Positions 26,076-36,335 of a stretch of DNA of 64,000 bases are shown here, piece by piece. Each line of letters starts with the position of its first letter. The first letter of the stretch is position 1. Source of the stretch: the human T2T-CHM13v2.0 reference genome, Homo sapiens; the NCBI RefSeq assembly GCF_009914755.1, contig NC_060929.1, one strand, 5' to 3'. The translations under genes were made by a program, and so were the position numbers. The notes beneath the pieces were generated by a model that saw only the letters and a program-made list of their open reading frames with translations, made no database searches and was not told the origin of the DNA.

Positions 26076-26585
26076 TGTATTAGTCAGGGTTCTCTAGAAG
26101 GACAGAACTAATAGGATAGATGTATATATAAAGGGGAGTTTATTAAGGAGTATTGACTCACACGATCACAAGGTGAGGTCCCACAATAGGCCATCTGAAA
26201 ACTGAGGATCCAGGAAGCCTCATCCCAAAGGGATGTCTGCATCCCAAAACCTCAAAAGTAGGGAGGCCAACTGTGCAGCCTTCAGTCTGTGGTTGAAAGT
26301 CCAAGAGAACTTGAAGTCCGATGTCCGAGGGCAGGAAGCACGAGAAAAAGATGAGGCTGGAAGACTAAGCCAGTCTAGTCTTTCCATGCTCTCCTGCCTG
26401 CTTTTATTCTGGCCGCGCTGGCAGCTGATTAGATGGTGCCCACCCAGATGGAGGGTGGGTCTGCCTTTCCCAGCCCACTGACTCAAATGTTAATATCCTT
26501 TGGCAACACCCTCACAGACACACCCGGGAGCAACACTTTGCATCCTTCAATCCAATCAAGTTGACACTCAGTGTTAACCATTACC
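26076..26585 (-). mobile_element. MLT2A (HERVL) solo LTR
   Basis: tgtattagtcagggttctctaga...caatcaagttgacactcagtgttaacca; perfect 5-bp TSD ATGTC (26071-26075, 26586-26590). Confidence 0.92.
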
Positions 26586-26621
26586 ATGTCCATTAATGAA
26601 CATCTCTTCCAACCTTCACGT

Positions 26622-26934
<313 letters not shown>

Positions 26935-28099
26935 TCACCTCTTTTAAAAATCACTTTAACCCTACTGAGAGTTCCAGCCCTGAGCAGGAGATATGTCAAC
27001 ATTTATCACAGACCTAAAAACTGATCAACAGAACTATGAACAGTACAAGTTTTAAATCATTCCCTGCTTATAGCCGTGGGCACTTCCTTTACCTTTCCCA
27101 TTAAGTAGTGACATGTATAAAAATGAATCCTTTATATTACAGGAGAGAGAAAGAGAACAGAAAGAGAGAGATCAGTGGGAAAGATTGATACAAATTGGAG
27201 CTATTTTTCTTGCTGAACAAAAACTCAGTTTTCAAGTGTCAACCGTAAAATACTTTTCCCATTGATCTTTTTTAAAGCGTGGCCGTATAGTTAACATTAT
27301 AACAACAATGCAGAGAACTATCCCTTTCATCTACTCTTTAGGGTATGACGCATTTTGGATATGCTATTTAAAAACTGACATTGTATTCTCTGTATAATTG
27401 TTATCAGTTGAATAACGATTACTTAATTTTGTATACAAGGTCTATAGAATTCCTTTTGTCAGGTTAACCTCATTTTACACCAGGAGCACAAAGCTCAAAG
27501 ATGTTGAGTGTATGGCTCTCAGTGAAGTGAATGCAACTGATCTGACACTGATTCTACTTGATTAAACACATGCTAAGACAACCTGGTGATGCTGGGCATA
27601 GGTTCTTCATGAGTGCCTGGGGAATGATGCTCCCTTGCCTTCTACAAAGAGACCCTCTCTTGCTCTGTGGCGTGCCCTGACCAAGACACACTGACCTGTC
27701 ACTATTACATACATTTTTCAGTGAGCTCTGTGAAGAGAGCAATAAAATATCATCCAGAAGGAGAAGAAACGTGTAGAAAAGGAAAAAAAGAAAAAAGAGG
27801 AAGAAGCAAGTTTTAGAATGGACAAAATGAGTAAATTCCATGATGCTGAGTTGTTTCCATGTTACTGTGTGCTGGAAATGATATTGTTTTGATTTCCATG
27901 AATCTGTTAGCCCTGTGGGTGTAGACAGGGAGGGCTGACATTTCAGTGCAGAATGCTGGTAGTTCTGTCAACAGGAGTTACATTTTATGCTAAGTACAAT
28001 TTCTAAGACATATAGTTTCAAAATACTTCCTTTTCTGTCCCTTTCCTTTTGCCATGACAACTCTCATACCCTGAGCAGGCAGTGTGGACTCGAGCCGGC

Positions 28100-28230
28100 C
28101 AGCCTGGGCGTGGGTTTCACTCTTGTGAGATGTCAGGCAAGTTGCTCTTTGTTGAGACTTTGAAGATGTAAAAAGTCATGATGATAATCATCCCCATGCA
28201 TGCTGCAGTGTTAGGGAGGACTAAATGAGT
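28100..28230 (+). mobile_element. MIR fragment (target of the Alu that follows)
   Basis: caggcaagttgct...tgtaaaa...gataatcatcccc...gaggactaaatgag. Confidence 0.55.
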
Positions 28231-28244
28231 AAAAAACGTGAAGA

Positions 28245-28446
28245 CGGCTAACACGGTGAAACCCCATCTCTACTAAAAATACAAAAAATAATTAGCCAGG
28301 CGTGGTGGCGGGCGCCTGTGGTCCCAGCTACTCAGGAGGCTGGGGGAGGAGAATGGCATGAACCCGGGAGGTGGAGCTTGTAGTGAGTGAGATCGTGCCA
28401 CTGCACTCCAGCCTGGGTGACAGAGCGAGACTCTGTCTTAAAAAAA
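28245..28446 (+). mobile_element. 5'-truncated AluY
   Basis: Starts cggctaacacggtgaaacc; Y-type gagaatggc.tgaacc and ggagcttg; perfect 14-bp TSD AAAAAACGTGAAGA (28231-28244, 28447-28460). Confidence 0.93.
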
Positions 28447-28709
28447 AAAAAACGTGAAGAATTTGTTCTTTTCCTGGCACACAGAGCTTAGAAAATATTA
28501 GGTAGTTTATTACAAATATTTTATCTTGATGTTGGCATCTAAAACAGTGAGGATACTGATCTAAATGAGAAATATTTGCTGACTGATTTAAACAAAAATT
28601 GCCTTAGATAACCTTCTGCAATTGACACTTTTTTTCCCATGTTTTATGAGTATAAAATATTATTATGTGGGTATTTCCCTATCACAAAATATCATGAGCT
28701 TTCAAAAAT

Positions 28710-28746
28710 TATAAATTCTTACCACTCCTGGGGGAGGAGTCAGTTT
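28710..28746 (+). promoter_or_regulatory. Candidate core promoter (TATA + Inr) for the internal first exon
   Basis: TATAAAT at 28710-28716; Inr-matching TCAGTTT at 28740-28746 (A = 28742, TATA starts at -32); no ATG between 28742 and 28850. Confidence 0.4.
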
Positions 28747-29340
28747 GGGGGCAGATTAAGAGTTCAGTTCTAGACTTCATTGTGAGGAGTTTGGTAGAAA
28801 TCCCAGAAGAGCTGTTGAGAAGACCAGTGGAGCCACACGTCTAGAGGTCATGGACCTGCGCTGGGCCAGAGATCTGCATTTGAGAGAAGCCAGCAGATCA
28901 GTAGCATTTACCACCCTGAGGCTGGGCGCAGTCACCACGGGACTCCTGACATTCAGAGAGCCAGGAGATAAAGAGAAGTCAGGAAAGGGCCTTGGGAAGA
29001 GATGGCGCATCCAGCGAGAGGAAAGCCAGGTGAGCATGGTGTCTAGACAGAGACAGCCCAGTAGACAGGGTTTCAGGAAGGAAGAAGGCAATGGCCTGTG
29101 TCCTAACAAGAGGAGCTCTGGTGGGGTGGCGGGGAGAAGCCTCACTGCAGCACAGGGAGGCCAAGAGGGAAAACGGGATCGAGAGAAGGTTATTTTACAG
29201 ATGAGGGAATGAGCAGCATGCCTGTACGCTATGGAATGATCCAGCAGAGAAGGAAACATGGATGTTGTGGAGAGGTAGATAGGCTGTTGGAGCGACATCC
29301 TTGAGTAGGAAGGAAGGGATGGGTTCCTTCCATGAAGCTC
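28730..29340 (-). mobile_element. LINE-2 fragment (antisense to ADCY2) hosting the candidate exon
   Basis: gagttcagttctagac, ctgggccagagatctgcatttgagag, gaggaaagccagg..agcatggtgtc, gggtttcaggaaggaag parallel the L2 copy at 10400-11560. Confidence 0.75.
28850..29029 (+). CDS. ADCY2: Candidate alternative first coding exon of ADCY2 (60 aa, MDLRWARD...IQREESQ), derived from antisense LINE-2
   Basis: gaggtcATGG (G at -3 and +4), 180 nt open, ends at phase-0 donor CAG|GTGAGC (29029/29030), same phase as the 1152 donor; in-frame TAA upstream at 28757-28759. I recall a short ADCY2 isoform with this N-terminus but cannot verify it. Confidence 0.7.
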
Positions 29341-30096
29341 TGACAGGAGCAGGAGCAGACATTTCCCCCTTACAGGAGGGATGTAGTGACATAGGCGGGG
29401 ATGCTGGCAGGTGGTTGTTTCTCCTGTCTTTTATTAGAGTTATATGTGTTTCTGCCTTCTCATTTTACAAGTTTGTCATTTCCTCATGCTCTTTGACTTA
29501 CTCCTTTTGTGTCTCCAAACACCCCACCTTCCTTGCCCTCCACCCATGCAAACACAGAGGGGTGGAAAACGGGAGCAGTTAATAAACATTGCTGCCACTG
29601 AAAATGCGAATGCCCAGAGGAGTGTACATGCCCAGGACTGCTGTCAATAGTAAGGGGAAGCAGCCTAGGACATCTTGAAATACTGAAAAGGAGGCCGAGA
29701 TCTTGGGACCTGGAAATCCCTGTTTAGGGGAAAAAATGCAAATAAGCATTGCCTACTTGGAGAGTGGCACCTTCTGAAATGCATACCTAGAGGATGTGAC
29801 TGGCTGAAACATTCGTGTTTCAAATTTTAGATGCCCTTTGAGATCCCTGTTAGGTTTTAGACACTGAGAGATCTAGAAATGTTGTTTCTGAGTTTGGGGT
29901 GGATGGCTCCCAAGGCTTTTGTCGTGGAAGTCGTCCTGAGCAGGCGTTTCCCATGACTGAGGGCTGGGACTAAGGAACCAACAGTAACTGTAAAGTGGTT
30001 GTGTAGGAAAGGGGCGCTACGTTCATGGCACTTTACCTGATTGTGTTATTTTGTTGCTTGTGTTGTTATTTCTGAGTGTCTGAATGTTTTTAGGAC

Positions 30097-30569
30097 TGTA
30101 TTAGTCAGGGGTCTTTAGAGAACAGAAGCCATAGGATATATACAGGAAGAGATCTATTGGGAAGTGTTCACTAACACAATTATGGAGATTGGGAAGTGCC
30201 AAGACCTGCCTTCTGCAAGCTGGAGGCCCAGGAAAGCCAGTGGTGTGACCCAGGCCAAATCTGAAGGCCTGAACGTCCAGGATGTAAAATCCCAGCTCAC
30301 GAGAAAAAGACTGACGTTCCAGCTGAAGCCAGGAGGCTGGAAGCCAAAACAGGGACTAATTCCTCCTTCCTCCACCTTTTGTTCTCTTCTGGCCCTCAGT
30401 AGAGATTGGACGGTGGTCGCTCACACTGGGAGCGCAGTCTGCTTTACCAAGTCCATTGATTCAATTGCCAGTCTCATCTGCAGACACCCTCACAGACACA
30501 TCCAGAAATCATGGCTCATCTGGGCATGCCGTGGCCCAGTCAAGTGGACATGTAGAATTAACCATCACG
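30097..30569 (-). mobile_element. MLT2 (B/C-like) solo LTR
   Basis: tgtattagtcaggggtc...ggcccagtcaagtggaca...aattaaccatcac. Confidence 0.88.
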
Positions 30570-30872
30570 TGGCCCAATTAACAGAACTATAAGAAAGTAC
30601 ATGTTTTATTTGTCAGAAGTAAATGTACAGTTAGATGGTGTAGGAATTGTGGGGAAGCAAAACAAAGCCCTCACCCATCTGCATCTGATCACCTTTTGAA
30701 ACACCAGAGTCTCCACAGTCTGGGTTCTGGAGCTCAGCTGTCTGGACCCAGATGCTTCTTCACCACCTGTGAGCTGTGTCCTGTAAAATAAGGGTATTTG
30801 TGATGTTAACATGGAAAGCAGTTGATACAGCACCTGTCTCATAGACACCTCTCCTCAAACATGAGCTGTTAG

Positions 30873-31211
<339 letters not shown>

Positions 31212-31702
31212 TAGATGACTTGCATTGATCCTATGCTGATTCTACTCTTTAAAATTTTTCAGGATTGTTTACAACAAAATTAATCAATTGATTCCAAGTA
31301 ATAAGCACTCTGGGAAAATTAATTGGGAAAATTCACTAAATGACATTATTGAACAGAAAGTCTATATAGAGCTATAAATACTTTTTAGTCTCTCATGTCA
31401 AAGGGGCCCTGAGGGCCTTCCTCATTGTCTGGGTAGCTGAGCAGCCAGTTGTCCCATCCCCACTCATAGCACTCGAACCAGAGTACAGAATTCTATATGG
31501 CAGCATTTCATCATCTCATTACATAAGCAAAGTGGGAAGGATGTGAGGGAGTGCACTGTGACTCAGGCAGATGTGCGATTGTAATCCCTCTGAAGGGGGA
31601 TGAGAGATCCTGGGTTCAGGTATAGTCCCTAGGAATGAAAGCATCTGATTTTAGAGTCTGCAGTCTTCTATGACTGAGCTGTCAAATTCTGAACACATAG
31701 TA

Positions 31703-32047
31703 ACGGTTGAGTATCCAGAATCTGAAAATCCAGAATCTGAAATGCTTCCGAATCGGAAACTTTCTAAGTGCCAACATGATACCACAAGTGGAAAATTCCA
31801 CACACCAGTGCTTAACACAAATTTCATCACGTGCAATTATTAAAATTGTATGAATTATTCATATTGTATAAAATTGTTTTTGGGCTATGTGTATAAGATG
31901 TATATGCAAAAGTGGATTTCATGTTTACACTTGGGTCCTATCCCCAAGATATCTCATTTGTATATGCAAATATTCCAAGAACCAAAAAATTCTGAAATCC
32001 GAAACACTTCTGGTCCCAAGCATTTTGAATAAAGGATGCTCAACCTG
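31703..32047 (-). mobile_element. Tigger4/MER46-type Tc1-mariner MITE
   Basis: TIRs ggttgagtatcc ... ggatgctcaacctg flanked by TA; tccgaaacacttctggtcccaagcattt. Confidence 0.85.
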
Positions 32048-32200
32048 TAATAACATGCTCCCCAAAATGAAGGAGTTTGGAAAGTGTTAGTCCACTGGAG
32101 GGCTGAGGAGGCAGGGTGCTGGATAGTTGAAAATCAGTGAAGCTCATTGAGTCATTGAGTGTCTGCTTCCTTCATCACGCATACTTTTCTGCGTATGCAG

Positions 32201-32236
32201 AATGTGTAGATTAGGGCAATGTGTAGATTAGGGCAA
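32201..32236. repeat. Perfect 17-bp tandem duplication (aatgtgtagattagggc)x2
   Basis: Direct read. Confidence 0.9.
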
Positions 32237-33230
32237 AGTCTTCTACAAACATGGGAATAAATATGTGCTATGATGCTGTCTTCCCTGAACATTAAAGTGA
32301 CATGAAGTGATGATCAGGGTTAAATATGTCACAGTGGCTCTCCATTCCCAAGCCAATGCTATTCTCTGCCTGTGCTCCAGCCCCACACCATCTCCCTGCC
32401 ATGCACACATGTGTACACATGCCAGGACACATTTTTAATTTTTAATGCATAAACAAAGTACTTAATAGGGGTATGCTCTTTCATTCTTTCCTGCACTAAG
32501 GGCGAAACACACGTGAGGGTTAATCACCTAAGTTCGCAAATCAAGGACCAAAAACATGTGCCTCCCCTGCAATAGAAATGTCTCCTCACCATGAGGTTTC
32601 CGGGGGTCACAAGTGTCTGTTCAGATATGCACAATCCAGACCTTTACTTTTCCCTCTCAGCTGAAACTTAGATGCCAAAATTCCCAGCAATTAGTTCTCC
32701 CGAAAAGCCATAAGAACCAGGCAGAGCAGACAGCTGTGACTGAGGAGGGAGGCAGCTCCCAGCTCCCACTGAGGCTGATGGACGGGAGGGACCATTCATT
32801 GGAAATGAGTGTCGCAGACCCAGACCCCCAGGTGCAGTGACATCTCTGCCTTCCTCAGGTCTCCAGTGGTGAATGCAGGAGTCCCTCACCCTTCGACACG
32901 AACCCTCTTCTAGGTTCAAAGAGGCAGATATCAAAGCTGATCAGCCAAAGACTTTTACTGAACATGGAGATCTTCAGTTGTACCCAACCAATGCACTGCA
33001 CTGATGGACTGTTTTGAACCCCTGCACGCTGGGTGGAGAATATCCCTACCTTTCCTCAACTGAAGTTTCTGTTTCCATATAGTTGCTGTCCTCTCCAGTT
33101 TTTCTCATGAACCGGTTCCTTGAATCCCTTCTCCTGAAGATTTGTCCACTCTTGGGTTGTGCAGATCTTTGTCATGTTCACTTGCTTTTTTTCTATAAGT
33201 TTTTGTTTCTCCTTTTCACCAGTGAAGAGA

Positions 33231-33232
<2 letters not shown>

Positions 33233-33279
<47 letters not shown>

Positions 33280-33415
33280 TTGAGATGGAGTCTCACTCTG
33301 CTGCCCAAGCTGGAGTGCAGTGGTGTGATGCAATGTCTGCCTTCTGGGTTCAAGCGATTCTCCTGCCTCAGCCTCCCGAGTAGCTGGGACTACAAGCATG
33401 AGGCACCACACCCAC
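33233..33415 (-). mobile_element. Alu right-arm fragment with (TG)n(TA)n tail
   Basis: (TG)n(TA)n at 33233-33278, then gagatggagtctcactc...gtagctgggactaca. Confidence 0.85.
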
Positions 33416-33496
33416 CAAGAAGTGTATTTACTGCATTGCTTCTGTAAAAAGCACAAATCTAAGGAAGCAGAAGGATTAAATTGTATAAATCTGAAG

Positions 33497-33878
33497 TGTA
33501 TTAGTCAGAGTTCTCCAGAGACACAACCAATAAAATGTGTGTGTCTATGGAAAGACATTTAAGTTTGGTTCACACAATTATAGGGGCTGGCAATTCCAAA
33601 ACCTGCAGGGTGAACTTACATGCTGGACCGAGGGAAGAGCAGATGCTGCAGTTCAAGTTCAAAGCCCGTTCACTGCAGTATTCCTTCTTGCTTGGGGGAA
33701 ATAACTCTTTTTTTTCGAAGGCCTTGAACACATTAGGAAGAACAATTTGATTTATCACCAATTTAAATGCTCATTTCATCCAAAAACAACTCTCACAGAA
33801 ACATCTAGAAAAATGCTTGACCACAACATATTTGGCACCATGGCCCAGTCAACTTAACACGTAAAATTTACCATCACA
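33497..33878 (-). mobile_element. MLT2 (C/D-like) solo LTR
   Basis: tgtattagtcagagttctccagaga...ggcccagtcaac...aaaatttaccatcaca. Confidence 0.85.
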
Positions 33879-34769
33879 CTGAATTTTCTTGGTGATTTGG
33901 TTTAAAACACTAAGATGCAGTTTATGTAGTCTTTTGAAAACTAAATATTTCAATGTGCTAATACTCAGATTCTGAGATGAAAGAAACGAGAAATGCTGCT
34001 GGCTAAAACTTTACAGAGGTTTGCTTTTCAGCATAGGTATGGTTTTCCTTATTCTGCAGCTGTTCACTCTATTCAATCCAGTTCCAGTTAAATAATGTGT
34101 AACTTAACTAATTACATACATCTCTCCAATGCAGTGCAATTTAAGATGAGATTTGGCATAAACCAACATGACTTCTTTGTGTGTATGTGTGAGTATGTAC
34201 ATTTGTGTTCTATTTATCTTTATAATACCCAGATTGCTGTACTGTGTTGGTTATTTCATTGTGTTTCACCAGCTTTTGAATGGAAATGGAAACAGTCTGG
34301 TTAAATTGACACCAAACTTATTGTCTCTTTCTCTGTAAATGTGCTGAAAACCTCTAGCAATTGGTGTTGAAACCCACAGCTCTGTGGTTTCTGAGAGTTA
34401 TACTTGCAGTTAGTCCTCTTATGTCCATAGCTTGTAACAGGACACTTGTGGGACCAGGAAATTGAGTTACTAAAGGATAAGTAATACCTCTGCTGTGAGC
34501 CGACACCACCAGAATGACCCAACTTACAAGAAACAGTTTCATTATTCTTGTGCAATTTACATGAAAGTAGAGATTCCTAGGAGTAGTTGGAAAACTCGAC
34601 TTTGCATTTAGAACTGTGGCCCAGCTACACACAACTGTCCAGGTGCTCGGCGAGAGCCTCCAGTTACATACTACCTGCTTTCCAAACTGGTGTGCCTAAT
34701 AAATTGGCTATAACCAGATGACCTGTGTAAACACAGTAATAAAAGATGGAGCTACTTATGTAAGTGTGA

Positions 34770-35030
34770 ACACCAAGTACAATATATTCTTACTTATAAG
34801 TGGGAGCTTAACATTAAATGCACATGGACACAAAGATGGAAACAATAGATACCAGGGATTGCTTGAGAGGAGAAGGTGGGAGGGGCCATGGGTTGGAAGG
34901 CTACTTATCAGGTACTATGCTTACTACTTCCATGAGTGGATCATTCCTACACCAAGATTCACCCACATGCAATTTACCCATTTAACAAATCTGTACACAT
35001 ACCTCCAGAACTCAAAATAAAAGTGGAAAA
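34770..35030 (+). mobile_element. L1 3' UTR fragment
   Basis: ttcttacttataagtgggagct...acatggacacaaagatggaaacaatagat...caatttacccat.taacaaatctgtaca...aaaataaaagt. Confidence 0.88.
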
Positions 35031-35134
35031 GAAAGAAAGAAAAGGATGGAGGGAGGGAGGGAGGGAGGGAGAGAAGGAAGGAAGGAAGGAAGGAAGGAAG
35101 GAAGGAAGGAAGGAAGGAAGGAAGGAAGGAAGGA
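35030..35134. repeat. Polypurine microsatellite: (GGGA)5 then (GGAA)14, grown from the L1 tail
   Basis: Uninterrupted GGAA at 35076-35131. Confidence 0.95.
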
Positions 35135-35261
35135 CTGTGAGAAAGGAAAAGGGAAGGAGAAGCTATATTGAGCTGCTCAGATCCTTCTCTGAAGAATGAG
35201 AGAGGCATGGGCAGGACAGGGTTGTTGACTCTGATTTTGCTCCCTTTACATATGGATTAGT

Positions 35262-35717
35262 GGGGCAGTCAGGGTTCTCCAGAGAAACACAAACAATGGC
35301 ATAGGTGTATATATAGAGAAGGAAATTTACTTTAAGGAACTGGCTTATGCAATCACAGGTGCTGGCAAGTCTGAGATCTGTAAGGCAGGCCAGCAGGTTG
35401 GAGAGTAAGTTAAGAGTTGATACTGCAGTCTGGAGTCAGAAGGCTGGAGACATAGGTAGAATTTCCATTTTACAGTTTGGAGGTAGAATTCTTTCTTCTT
35501 CAGGGGATCTCAGTCTTCACTCTTAAGTTCTTCAGTTGATTGGATGAGTCCCAACCATGTTGTGAAGGGTAATCTGCTTTACTTAATCTGTCAACTAATT
35601 GTAAATGTTAATCACATGTTAAAAAAAAAAATACTTTCACAGTGACATCTATACTACCATTTGCCCGAACAACTGGGCACAATGGCCTACTGAAGCTGAC
35701 ATAAAATTAACCATCTC
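35262..35717 (-). mobile_element. MLT2 (D-like) solo LTR
   Basis: agtcagggttctccagagaaaca...gctggcaagtctgagatctg...gctgacataaaattaaccatc. Confidence 0.85.
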
Positions 35718-36214
35718 AGCTCAGAAGCAGGGAAGGGTAGCTATGGGAGGTGAGGAAAGATCCTTGTACATGCTGCTGGAGGCAGAATCCAGTGTCCCAA
35801 CACCAAGCAATGTAGAAACTCAAAAAATCTTCACTGCATGACTGGCTTCCCTAAGTCCCAAGGCAGTGTATTTCCTTATTTGTAAAGTTTTTTTTTAATT
35901 TTCTTTGGCTACTTGAAAACAAACAAGGGTGATTTGGACAGGGGTATATATCTCTAAAGCTTGGGGCATCGAAACTGTTTTGATTGTGCACACCTATGGG
36001 TAAATATTTTTGACCAGTCATTATATATATTTGCTTATTCATAAATTATATGTGCTAATATTTATGTAGATTATAAATCACAAGTTAAAATTAAGGGTAG
36101 ACAAAGATTTAAAACATATTTTAAAAGATCTACTTTTTAATAGCTCAAAAATACTTTAAACCTTTAATATTTTTGGTAAGAGTCTTATGATGGAAAATGC
36201 ATACTTGGCAAAAG

Positions 36215-36335
36215 CGAAAAAGAGGGACAAAAGAACCACAAGACAAACAGAAAACAGTGAACAAAATGGCAAAGGCAACCCCTCCCAATAAATAATTATA
36301 TTAAATGCAAGTGGATTAAACTCCCAATCAAAAGG
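36215..36335 (+). mobile_element. Short L1 fragment (start of ORF2)
   Basis: aacagaaaacagtgaacaaaatggca...ttaaatgcaagtggattaaactcccaatcaaaag (LNASGLNSPIK-like after a frameshift). Confidence 0.75.

Noticed and set aside
28850-29212. Full 120-aa single-exon ORF
   Set aside because: The strong donor after codon 60 explains it better as a spliced exon; the remainder is L2 read-through.
28777-29298. 173-aa minus-strand ORF overlapping the candidate exon
   Set aside because: It is the L2-sense, pyrimidine-rich strand, which is naturally poor in stops; no recognisable intact domain or expression signals.
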